Virus record (IMG/VR): IMGVR_UViG_3300035663_000041
Coordinates: 1 to 38,118 of that record
Source: a virus
Lineage: Duplodnaviria > Caudoviricetes
Direction: 5' to 3' (one strand)
DNA: 38,118 bases
The notes under the pieces are model-generated. The model was not told where the DNA came from. It did no database searches and was given only the letters and a program-made list of their open reading frames with translations. The translations under genes and the position numbers were made by a program. Positions 9,220-17,218 of this stretch are shown one piece after another; within the stretch, counting starts at the first letter, position 1; every line of letters begins with the position of its first letter.

Positions 9220-9710
9220 TGTGAACCTTTCTTTTGGAGTCGTCGCCACGCCGCGTCAAACTCAGGGTCTGAGGCCCGCCGCGCAGCGACATACTCGCGG
9301 GCATTCTCAGGGTTGTTGGGATCAAGCATGCCAGCGGCCAGGTCCGCGTCCCGTACCTTGGCACGGGGGAGCCAGCCGATGGCGACCCGGACGGCGGTGC
9401 CGAGGCCCGTCTGCCAGAGCAGCACGACCACGCCCACGACCACCACGGCGACCGCTGCCATCCATAGAGTGGAGAGCCAGGCGGGCACCTTGTCCTCCAG
9501 ACCAGATAGTTGAGTGTGAGTATCAGCAGCCAGATCGTTGATGCGCTGGGCACGGGTCACTACCTCCCGGTCACCCGTTGCTTGGCCGTGGTCAATGAGG
9601 ACCTGGGCCTCCTCGCGGATGGCGTTGGTGTTGCTGCTCACCTTGGCGAGCGGGCTGCACCCCACCAGCCAGAAGTCAGCGAGAAGAAGGATGAGCAGGA
9701 GTCGCGTCAA
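9216..9710 (-). CDS. Lipoprotein with a second TM helix; candidate unimolecular spanin
   Basis: Signal peptide with lipobox LVG-C18, helical segment, then hydrophobic 'WLSTLWMAAVAVVVVGVVVLLW'. Adjacent to a holin-like gene. Confidence 0.55.
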   Translation of the reverse strand: MTRLLLILLLADFWLVGCSPLAKVSSNTNAIREEAQVLIDHGQATGDREVVTRAQRINDLAADTHTQLSGLEDKVPAWLSTLWMAAVAVVVVGVVVLLWQTGLGTAVRVAIGWLPRAKVRDADLAAGMLDPNNPENAREYVAARRASDPEFDAAWRRLQKKGSQ

Positions 9711-9894
9711 GCTTGTCTTCGATCTTGTCCAACCGGCGGTTGATCGACTCCTGTTGGGTTACCAGTTGCATGAGCAGGCGGTCGTGCGTCAGGTACGCGC
9801 TGCCGAGGATAGTGAGCAGGGTCAGGGCCACACCGATGATGCCGGCCCAGTCGCGTGCGGAAAGACGAACGACGTTGTTCTGCTCTAGAGTCAT
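9676..9894 (-). CDS. Putative holin (single TM plus coiled-coil tail)
   Basis: TM 'WAGIIGVALTLLTILGSAYL', then 'INRRLDKIEDKLD'; 72 aa. Confidence 0.55.
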   Translation of the reverse strand: MTLEQNNVVRLSARDWAGIIGVALTLLTILGSAYLTHDRLLMQLVTQQESINRRLDKIEDKLDATPAHPSSR

Positions 9895-9897
9895 GTC

Positions 9898-9939
9898 TTA
9901 TCCAGCCATCTCTTCGGTTGGCTTGAGGTCGATTTCCAT
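9898..9939 (-). pseudogene. 13-codon remnant MEIDLKPTEEMAG
   Basis: Fills the gap between the SGNH gene and the holin. Resembles, from memory, the 'IDLKPTxxM' start of a common phage domain. Confidence 0.35.
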
Positions 9940-9940
9940 G

Positions 9941-11686
9941 TCAGGCAATGAGCTTGCGGATGATCCCGGTCGTGATTACGGTGTACCCGTTGTCCGGCGA
10001 AGCAGAATCCGACAGACCTGTGAATGTGGATGGACTGTAAGTCGGCGTTGTCGTGACGGTGGGCTGACTTCGCAGATGCGCTGCATAGAGAGTGTTTGAC
10101 AGGTTCTGATACAGGTTCCTGTCCCTGATCTGCTGCGCCGTCAGAATGGATTCAATGTCAACGACTGTGACGTTCTTGTTATAGTTGGCGTTTTCTGCCG
10201 CCCAATTATTTGCTGCCTGCGCAACCGCAGGGCGATTCGTCGCCCATGATCCTGCCCCAGGATCTCCAGCAACGACTGGGTGCGTCACGGACATTACGAA
10301 CGACAGATCGCTCGCTGGATATCCAAGCGTTGTAACCCACACGTTGTAGACTGCATCTCTGATTCTTGCGGCATTGGTCGTCCAGGTCGATCCTGTTTCC
10401 GATCCATTGATGCCGCTGTTGTGCCACCACACAACGCGCCCAGATCCACCTGCTTCAATCTGTCGCTCACGAAGTTCCTTCAGGTACGACTCCAGGTACT
10501 TGGGCGCAGCTTCAACAAGATCGGCCAGGAATTCAGTCGTAGCGCCGCCAAAGTAGTTGAGGCAGCTTACGCTGAATCCTTTATAACTCCTGCGAATCAC
10601 CGAGTGATAGAACGCTGCGAACGGCCCTGTAACTCGATATGTCGTTCCGGTGTTGTAACCGTCCCACGCACACTTCATCTCGTCCGGCGCTCCGCCAGTA
10701 TTGCTTGAGCTGAAGTTAAGCTGCGCCGTGGCATATCCGGTGCCGCCGCTCGTCGGGATGTCGGATGCGCTCCCTTCGACAAGCGTATTGGTTCCCTTCA
10801 TGGCACGAAGTCGGAACGTGCCTCCAGTCGTAGCAAACTTTCCATACACGAGGCGGTATTGCAGAGACACCCCCGCACCACCAGTTGGGCCGCTTGCAAG
10901 TTGACTACCTCCATTCAGTCGAACACTTGTGCCGCCGGCGAATGATGTGTAGGTTGTGCCTGCCGGAACAAACGCAACACCAAGATTGAAAGATGCTGGC
11001 TTCCAAAATGCTTTGGCGATCACAAATGATGCCGTACTACTTGGCGTGCCTACTGACCAAGAGCTAACCGTTGCCGTCTTGGTCGTGCCGTTGTATGCCG
11101 TAATTTTTCCGTAATTGAATGAGGAGCCGGTGACGTACGTGCTTCCTACCGCACCCGACAAAATGCCGATGAACATTCCGGTGTATGCGTTATTCACCGA
11201 TGACGCACCAGCATCAAGCTGCAGCGTCGTGGATGAGGAAGCAACAGCGGTGTTTTCCCGGACAAACAAATTGTCGAACGTGGTGTTGAGAGCAGTGGCA
11301 TCTGTATCACTTGCAACAGCAATCCGGTTGGTAAGCGAATACACACTTCCAACATCGGTTTGCGATCTTCCATTCCAGATGTACTTGTTCCACGGCATAA
11401 ACATCCCGCCGGAGCGATCATTTCCGCCATCTTCAGAATCGCATGGATGCAACGGCGTTGCGTAATTCGGCGCTCCAAGCGCAGCCATTGCCGAAGACCA
11501 TCCGTAGGTGTACCCGCATACTCCCGGCGATCCAGCGTTGCTGTCTCCGAACACCACGATGTCCACGGAGTCGTTTCCGGCCATCACATCTCGAAGAAAT
11601 GCGCCGGCACGGGTTGATCCGTAGATTCCGGGTTCGGAGTTGCTGTTGCTGAACAACGATCGCGTACGGTTTCGGTATTCATACAT
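9941..11686 (-). CDS. SGNH/GDSL-hydrolase-like virion or tail (receptor-binding) protein
   Basis: Block I 'VVFGDSN', block II 'GGAT', block III 'GING', late His ('AAHL'). Inserted T/S/G-rich beta module 'ASSVNNAYTGM...ITAYNGTTKTATV'. Visibly lower GC than neighbours. Confidence 0.6.
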   Translation of the reverse strand: MYEYRNRTRSLFSNSNSEPGIYGSTRAGAFLRDVMAGNDSVDIVVFGDSNAGSPGVCGYTYGWSSAMAALGAPNYATPLHPCDSEDGGNDRSGGMFMPWNKYIWNGRSQTDVGSVYSLTNRIAVASDTDATALNTTFDNLFVRENTAVASSSTTLQLDAGASSVNNAYTGMFIGILSGAVGSTYVTGSSFNYGKITAYNGTTKTATVSSWSVGTPSSTASFVIAKAFWKPASFNLGVAFVPAGTTYTSFAGGTSVRLNGGSQLASGPTGGAGVSLQYRLVYGKFATTGGTFRLRAMKGTNTLVEGSASDIPTSGGTGYATAQLNFSSSNTGGAPDEMKCAWDGYNTGTTYRVTGPFAAFYHSVIRRSYKGFSVSCLNYFGGATTEFLADLVEAAPKYLESYLKELRERQIEAGGSGRVVWWHNSGINGSETGSTWTTNAARIRDAVYNVWVTTLGYPASDLSFVMSVTHPVVAGDPGAGSWATNRPAVAQAANNWAAENANYNKNVTVVDIESILTAQQIRDRNLYQNLSNTLYAAHLRSQPTVTTTPTYSPSTFTGLSDSASPDNGYTVITTGIIRKLIA

Positions 11687-11689
11687 GGA

Positions 11690-12172
11690 TTAGAGCCCCG
11701 AGCTGAGGACGTGGATGGTGGTGGCAGTCGCATCAACTGCGCAGACTTCGATGTAATGGCAACCAACGGTGTCGATCATTACGAACCCGCCGTTGCCGGT
11801 TCCGCCTACGCCGTCGTAAATCTTGCAGTCACCCGTGATCTGGGTGTACGAAGCCGCCTCGGTCAGAGTCGCGCCATCAGGCGCCGTCTGGGTAGATCCT
11901 GACATCGTGGTGCTGAAAGAGCACAGCAGCTGCGGTACATACGCCATCTGCTCGGACCAGAACGACCAGCCAAAGACATAGAAAGTGGGAGCAGTGGAGC
12001 CCGTAGACAGAAGCTTCAGCTTGATGTAGTTCAGACTTCCGCCAAACACGGCAGAGTTATTTGCTGCCGGCAGAGTCGTTGTCGTCACCCGGTTCGGAGT
12101 TCCCGATGTTGCCGAGGTCAGCGTGTTCCTGTTGAAGTTCTTGACGTCCGTGGTGAGAGTGACGTGAGCCAT
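11690..12172 (-). CDS. Putative virion structural protein
   Basis: 160 aa, Thr/Ser/Gly-rich beta composition; AGGAG RBS; next to the SGNH tail gene. Confidence 0.55.
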   Translation of the reverse strand: MAHVTLTTDVKNFNRNTLTSATSGTPNRVTTTTLPAANNSAVFGGSLNYIKLKLLSTGSTAPTFYVFGWSFWSEQMAYVPQLLCSFSTTMSGSTQTAPDGATLTEAASYTQITGDCKIYDGVGGTGNGGFVMIDTVGCHYIEVCAVDATATTIHVLSSGL

Positions 12173-12662
12173 GGTGCTCCTGCGACAGAAGCCACCTCAA
12201 CGCCCATTCACCTGCGGCCCTACGCTGGCCAGTTGTGCTCAGGGGAAGAAGCATCAGGGGCAACCTGTGCTCCCCGATGATATCCAATAAAGCGTCGGTC
12301 GCAACACCGGGATGGGGAAGTCCTGCCCGAACTTCAAACCCACCTATAGCACCCTCGAAAAGAAGACAGGCTGTACGGCATTCCCCCACCAGCCTTTTGC
12401 AGCACTCGATAAACCGGCGCCTGCCGTCTGCGGTCAGGCAATTACCGGCTATCTCCTCGAAGGATCCCTTGCGTTCGATGGCGGACTTGCCCCCCACCAA
12501 CCGGTAGTCCCCAGTCTTCATGGTCTCAGACTGCGTGCGGACCGTGACTGTGCGGGACTTGCCGGCGGTGGGTAGGCGTGTCCTGTCCAGCACGACAAGG
12601 TGTGCCGGAAAGGTGAGGGGCTTCTTCTCCCGACTGTCGATCAGGACTGTGACTTGGGACAC
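12057..12662 (-). CDS. ERCC4 (XPF/Mus81-type) structure-specific endonuclease, probable resolvase
   Basis: 'LIDSREKKP', 'GDY' and 'IERKG' motifs. Confidence 0.85.
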   Translation of the reverse strand: MSQVTVLIDSREKKPLTFPAHLVVLDRTRLPTAGKSRTVTVRTQSETMKTGDYRLVGGKSAIERKGSFEEIAGNCLTADGRRRFIECCKRLVGECRTACLLFEGAIGGFEVRAGLPHPGVATDALLDIIGEHRLPLMLLPLSTTGQRRAAGEWALRWLLSQEHHGSRHSHHGRQELQQEHADLGNIGNSEPGDDNDSAGSK

Positions 12663-12669
12663 GCCCCGA

Positions 12670-12978
12670 TCATAGCCAGTTGTCCTGCGCTTTGTCGTTC
12701 AGCTTGTCGTCAATGATCCCTTCGTACCTGTCGAGGGCGTTGGTTATGACGGCTGGCATGTTGTCGCCGTAGTGCCACGTGATCTCCTGATCGTCGCTGG
12801 CAAAGACAACCTTGATCGGTTCGCGCACGGCCCACTCGATGGTGGTGTGTGCGAGGCCGGGCTGGCTCTCGCTGGTGACACGGGTGAACTCACACTCGTA
12901 GGTGATGTCCATGGCAATCCCGTCCTTCTCTACCCAGATCGTGATGTCCTTGCGGACTGGTTCGTAGTTGTCATTCAT
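12670..12978 (-). CDS. Hypothetical protein
   Basis: Likely start MNDNYE, overlapping the upstream stop. Confidence 0.65.
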   Translation of the reverse strand: MNDNYEPVRKDITIWVEKDGIAMDITYECEFTRVTSESQPGLAHTTIEWAVREPIKVVFASDDQEITWHYGDNMPAVITNALDRYEGIIDDKLNDKAQDNWL

Positions 12979-13288
12979 CGTCGTCATCTCCCATGTCAAA
13001 GCCAATCTCCTCAGCCTCCGGGCTGAAGCGCAGGCGCCAGGTCTCCCACTTCAGGTCGGCGCCCGTGAAGTCTGCCATAGCAATGCAGTCTTTCCGGTAC
13101 GTCGCGGCCATGCTGTTGAACAGAATGATATCGGCGAGCGCCGGTCTGTTCTTGTCATCGGCGCGACGCGCAGCATCAAGCCCATCGTTCCTGATGACGG
13201 CGTCAAGGAACCCGCCAGTGGGAATGCTGTGTCGGTAGTAGCGGTAGAGAGCGGCGAATGTGTGCGGTGGAATCTGGAAGTTGCTCAT
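12971..13288 (-). CDS. Conserved phage hypothetical protein
   Basis: 'RYYRHSIPTGGFLDAVIRND...RADDKN' matches a recurrent phage small-protein pattern (from memory). Confidence 0.7.
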   Translation of the reverse strand: MSNFQIPPHTFAALYRYYRHSIPTGGFLDAVIRNDGLDAARRADDKNRPALADIILFNSMAATYRKDCIAMADFTGADLKWETWRLRFSPEAEEIGFDMGDDDDE

Positions 13289-13291
13289 GGG

Positions 13292-15376
13292 TTACTCGTA
13301 GACCAGGGGTGCGTGGTGTCCCGAACGCTTGCACAACTCATACCAATATCCGGCGGTGCCGACAAACTCGACCGCCGCCCACATCAGATCCGCTGCCTGC
13401 TGCTCGGTGCCCGGCGGGCAGTCGAAGTACAGGGCGTCGTAGACCTGCAGGAAAAGCTGCGGCTGCTTGTGGCTGGTGGGGGAAGTGAGGGGGCCGAGTG
13501 CCCGGTGGATGAAGTTCTGGATGGCGAGCATGACGTTGCCGGCGGTGGCCTGCACGGGGAAGTTGCAGACTTCGGAGATCATGCTCTTGCCACCACGGGC
13601 CAGCACCTGCTTGAGCTCCCGCTTGTTGCGCCATGCCCGTTCGTCCAGCCGGAAGCCGGTGAACGTACGGGTGTGACCGGTGTACGGCAACTCGATGTAG
13701 CCCTGCTCCTCGGCCTGCTTGCACAGGGAGTACTGCCACCCCACCAGCCCAGGTCGTTGGGCGTGACGGCTTGCCACGATCTGGTCGAAGAAGGACAGGG
13801 GGTAGAGGGTGCCGGACATGTCGAGCACGCTGCGCTGCAGGCGGGCAGACGATGCGCCGAACAGGTCGGCGAAGTTCACGGTCTTGCCGATCTGGCGAAG
13901 GGCCTTGAAGTCAGGGCGGTCCTTGGCGTCCTGCCCGAAGATGGCAAGGGTGCGCTGTGTATGCAGGTCGAGCCCGCTGTTGAACGCAGCCAGCAGGGTG
14001 GGCTCACCGGACAGGATGGCCGCAACGCGCAACTCGATCTGGCTCAGGTCGAACGAGACGATGGACCCGCCGGGGTATCGACTGTGCTCGCAGTCCTTGA
14101 TGACGGCGGGGAAAGTCTGGGCCGCCGGGTTCTTGCAGGTGATGCGCGCCTGGATCGTGCCGCCCTCAGAGCCCGAGTCCTTCGGGACGGAGGGGACGGT
14201 ATACCAAGTTGGATATGCGATGCCAATATCGGTAGTGCCCGTGACGGGGATGAGCACCGACGACTTGTCGGCCGGCTTCGTGCGGCGGTGACGCAAGAGC
14301 GGATACGTGTAGGAAGAGACCAACTTCTGTGCCGTGCTGTGTTTGTCGGCACACTCGAAGATGGTGCGCGCTGGATGGGAGTCGGGCAGGTGGCTTGCGA
14401 TGAGCCGTCGATTCTCGCTGGACCATGAGAGTTCACGCGCCTTCTCGGTGTAGGAGAGGAGGGGATGGGAGAGGAAGTCGGGGTTGACCGGAAGGACATC
14501 GTCAATACAGCGTGCCATGAACTCCCGCTGGGACTGGACGCTGCCCTCACCCTCGATGAGTACCCCACCAGCAGCGGCGCAGTTGATGGCGTCATCGGCT
14601 TGCTTGATGAGGGACGCTTCCAAATTACTCAGACCACTGAGTGAAAAGGGAATGCCGGTCTCGCTCATGCGGATCGTGGACCACAGGGTCTCGCTGAAGT
14701 GGAGCACGCTGTAACTGCTGAGCTTGTCGGTCTTGGGGTAGTCACGCTGGATGCGGCGGGCCAGGTGAGCCACGGCAAGCATGGTGTTGTGCGTGTCCTG
14801 CGCGTTGTACGCGTGCAGCTCGGGGCTGGTGGGGGACGGGAAGCGACGGCCATCCTTGAGGGTGGCGGCTTCGTTGTACGCGTGCGTGCCAAGCACCGGG
14901 CCAAGGGACTTGAGGCTGCGCTCGGGCCGCAGCTCGGAGTGCAGGAAGTTGACCACGCTCAGGTCGATGAGGGTGTGCCGTCCGTTGAGGGCGAGTGCGA
15001 TGGCCGGGCTGAATGCGCGGAGCCAGAGGATGTCGAACGGCAGGTTCATGCCGATGATGGTGTGCGCATGGCGCAGCCACGCCAGCAGGATGGGATGGGT
15101 GGTGGGGTCGGTCAGGTTGAGGGTGAAGGTGACGCCCGGCTGCAGCTCGGCGATGCGGGCCAGATCCCAGAAGTCAGCGGGCCCTTCGTAGGTTGGCTCC
15201 ACTGCGGGGATGGTGATGGCGCAGGTGAGCACAAGATCCTGGCGGGCAACGCCGTCCGTGGCGATGGCCCGTGCAGGGTGAAAGACTGTCTGTGCTGGCA
15301 GCATCTGCCCCCGACCATTGGTGGCGGCTGCGCCGTAGGTCTCGATGTCTAGGGAGATGATGCGCGGGCTGGTCAT
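13292..15376 (-). CDS. polA: Family A DNA polymerase with 3'-5' exonuclease
   Basis: ExoI LDIET, ExoII NLPFD, ExoIII YNAQD. Motif A DLSQIELR, motif B RQIGKTVNFADLFG, NFPVQ, motif C QVYD. Start MTSPRI at 15376. Confidence 0.93.
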   Translation of the reverse strand: MTSPRIISLDIETYGAAATNGRGQMLPAQTVFHPARAIATDGVARQDLVLTCAITIPAVEPTYEGPADFWDLARIAELQPGVTFTLNLTDPTTHPILLAWLRHAHTIIGMNLPFDILWLRAFSPAIALALNGRHTLIDLSVVNFLHSELRPERSLKSLGPVLGTHAYNEAATLKDGRRFPSPTSPELHAYNAQDTHNTMLAVAHLARRIQRDYPKTDKLSSYSVLHFSETLWSTIRMSETGIPFSLSGLSNLEASLIKQADDAINCAAAGGVLIEGEGSVQSQREFMARCIDDVLPVNPDFLSHPLLSYTEKARELSWSSENRRLIASHLPDSHPARTIFECADKHSTAQKLVSSYTYPLLRHRRTKPADKSSVLIPVTGTTDIGIAYPTWYTVPSVPKDSGSEGGTIQARITCKNPAAQTFPAVIKDCEHSRYPGGSIVSFDLSQIELRVAAILSGEPTLLAAFNSGLDLHTQRTLAIFGQDAKDRPDFKALRQIGKTVNFADLFGASSARLQRSVLDMSGTLYPLSFFDQIVASRHAQRPGLVGWQYSLCKQAEEQGYIELPYTGHTRTFTGFRLDERAWRNKRELKQVLARGGKSMISEVCNFPVQATAGNVMLAIQNFIHRALGPLTSPTSHKQPQLFLQVYDALYFDCPPGTEQQAADLMWAAVEFVGTAGYWYELCKRSGHHAPLVYE

Positions 15377-15585
15377 GTGTTCTTCCGAATGTCGAAGGTC
15401 ATGTTCTGGTGGATGCGCAACTGGGCTGTGGTGTAGTGGCGCAGGTGCCCACCGCTGCAGAGAGCGATGCACCACACGTCGTTCTCGAACGTGCCACCGT
15501 CACGGACGTAGATGGCGTAGCCGTCCTGCCCATCGCATGTCACGACAGGGATGGGCGTGACAAACTGGTGGGTGCTATTGCTCAC
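15373..15585 (-). CDS. Hypothetical protein
   Basis: 70 aa, translationally coupled to the polymerase (ATGA). Confidence 0.7.
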   Translation of the reverse strand: MSNSTHQFVTPIPVVTCDGQDGYAIYVRDGGTFENDVWCIALCSGGHLRHYTTAQLRIHQNMTFDIRKNT

Positions 15586-15916
15586 GGGCTTCGTACTCCT
15601 GGATCTTGGAGAGGTACATGGTGTTGCGAGCCTTCGCTTCTTTCAACTCTTGCCGGAGGGTGACGATGATCTCAGTCTGCCTGCGCATCTCTTCAGCGCT
15701 GCTGTGGTACATGGACTTGAAGTTGTAGAACATGGAGCGAACGGCCATGTGATTTGATGGCGTACCGTAGATGTCTATGTACATCTGCCAGTAACGGAAC
15801 GCAATCTCTGGATCCTCGTCTTGATTTGGATTGTTGTTCTTGAACGTCTGTTCAACAGTATGTTCAAGCGGGTCGCTGCAATTCTCCATGAACTCAATCA
15901 GTGCGCTGGTATTCAC
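15575..15916 (-). CDS. Hypothetical protein with coiled-coil C-terminus
   Basis: Likely GTG start at 15916 in a GTGA overlap. Confidence 0.65.
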   Translation of the reverse strand: MNTSALIEFMENCSDPLEHTVEQTFKNNNPNQDEDPEIAFRYWQMYIDIYGTPSNHMAVRSMFYNFKSMYHSSAEEMRRQTEIIVTLRQELKEAKARNTMYLSKIQEYEAREQ

Positions 15917-16200
15917 TTGTCGTCCTCCTGTGGAAAGCAATCCCAACCGTGGTTCTTCGCAATATCAAACGCATCAAGCGGCACATCGCGGGAAACCCGT
16001 CCGCAATACATCCGCCTCGCCTCGTCGCGCTCGGCGGTAAGGGTTGCGTTCTCCTGCCGCAGTCGCCTGTTTTCCTGCCATGCCTTTTCGATCATCAAAA
16101 CTGCTTCGGTCGGAGTCATCTCCACGATCACTTTTCCTTCGCACCCCATCAACGTAACGGGGCAGGAAGCATCAATCGTCTTTGGTTTCTTCTTGCTCAC
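15913..16200 (-). CDS. Hypothetical protein, ERDxARRMYC...GWDC family copy 1
   Basis: 95 aa, coupled ORF. Confidence 0.7.
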   Translation of the reverse strand: MSKKKPKTIDASCPVTLMGCEGKVIVEMTPTEAVLMIEKAWQENRRLRQENATLTAERDEARRMYCGRVSRDVPLDAFDIAKNHGWDCFPQEDDK

Positions 16201-16394
16201 TTGCCGTCCTCCTTCTTGTAGCAGTCCCAGCCACGGTCAGTGGCGATGTCTTCCGGTGCGCAGTACACGGTGAGGCAGTCGGCCATGGTGCTGCAGTACA
16301 TGCGCCTTGCTTGGTCGCGCTCTTCGGTGAGGGTTGCAACCTTCTGGAGCAGCGCGAGGATGGAGAAGCCGAGGTCTTCGCCCTTGGTGTTCAT
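16197..16394 (-). CDS. Hypothetical protein, ERDxARRMYC...GWDC family copy 2
   Basis: 65 aa, coupled ORF with GGAG RBS. Confidence 0.7.
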   Translation of the reverse strand: MNTKGEDLGFSILALLQKVATLTEERDQARRMYCSTMADCLTVYCAPEDIATDRGWDCYKKEDGK

Positions 16395-16678
16395 CGTTTC
16401 ATCTCCTTCAGTTTCTTGGCGAGGATGGTGGACTTATGCTTCTCCTTCTCTAGCTGGATTTTCAGGCGGTCAACCCAGGTTTCAAGTTGGCGGTGCGTGT
16501 CGCAGATGTTTCGCATCAACTCTTCGCTGAGCGAGATGTAGCCGGCGGCATCGGCCACGCCCTTAAGGTAGAGGAGGTGGTCTTTGAGGGGTGTGTAGAG
16601 ACTGATCTGGTGGACGGGGATCAGTCCATCGGTACCCTGCGGTGGGGGCAAGTACTTGGTGTTGCGTTCGCTGGTCAT
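16391..16678 (-). CDS. Hypothetical protein
   Basis: Start MTSERN overlapping the upstream stop; coiled-coil C-terminus. Confidence 0.65.
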   Translation of the reverse strand: MTSERNTKYLPPPQGTDGLIPVHQISLYTPLKDHLLYLKGVADAAGYISLSEELMRNICDTHRQLETWVDRLKIQLEKEKHKSTILAKKLKEMKR

Positions 16679-16893
16679 CACTTGTCCTTCCAGATGTAGA
16701 GGTGGCCGGGGCCGTTGCCCTCGGGGTCGCGCATGATGAGGCATTCGTACCTGGTGCCGTTCTTCTCGACGGCAATTCCGTAACAGGTCTCATCGTTTCC
16801 TTCGCTCTCGTCGACGATAACTTGCGTTATGACCCCACCAACCAGTGGTAGGAGGTGGTCGATTTCGGGGTCCGTGCTCTTGCGCTTAGTCAT
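16678..16893 (-). CDS. Hypothetical protein
   Basis: Start MTKRKS; C-terminal 'RDPEGNGPG' motif. Confidence 0.7.
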   Translation of the reverse strand: MTKRKSTDPEIDHLLPLVGGVITQVIVDESEGNDETCYGIAVEKNGTRYECLIMRDPEGNGPGHLYIWKDK

Positions 16894-17218
16894 TGATGGT
16901 TCCCTTGCGGAAGGCGGCGTTGGCTGCTTCGGCCTCGGCCTTGATCTGTGCGATGCGCTGGAGGTTGGCACTGAGCAGTGCCTTGTGTGCGAAGTCCACC
17001 ATGTCCAGCTCGGGGTTCATGGGGGCAGGCTTCTTGGGTACGCCTGCTTGTCCGGAGCTGATGCGGTAGAACAGGTCAGCAGCGTCATCGCGGGTGGCTT
17101 GGAGGTGGCACACGCATATATTGACGGGGTGTTCGCAAGGTCCGACTTCGCAGATCTGAACGTCGAGGTCGCCGAGTATGCGGCCCATGATCTTTATGTC
17201 GCCAGGTTGCAGGTTCAT
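16886..17218 (-). CDS. Hypothetical Cys/His-containing protein
   Basis: 110 aa with 'CEVGPCEHPVNICVCH'; ATGA-coupled to the UDG-like gene. Confidence 0.65.
   Translation of the reverse strand: MNLQPGDIKIMGRILGDLDVQICEVGPCEHPVNICVCHLQATRDDAADLFYRISSGQAGVPKKPAPMNPELDMVDFAHKALLSANLQRIAQIKAEAEAANAAFRKGTIND

Noticed and set aside
13292-15475. Longest-ORF starts for polA, UDG (18174), SSBs (5028, 21907), DUF932 (20168) and others
   Set aside because: The extensions overlap upstream genes, terminators or low-complexity tracts. Internal starts with an RBS or stop-start coupling fit better.
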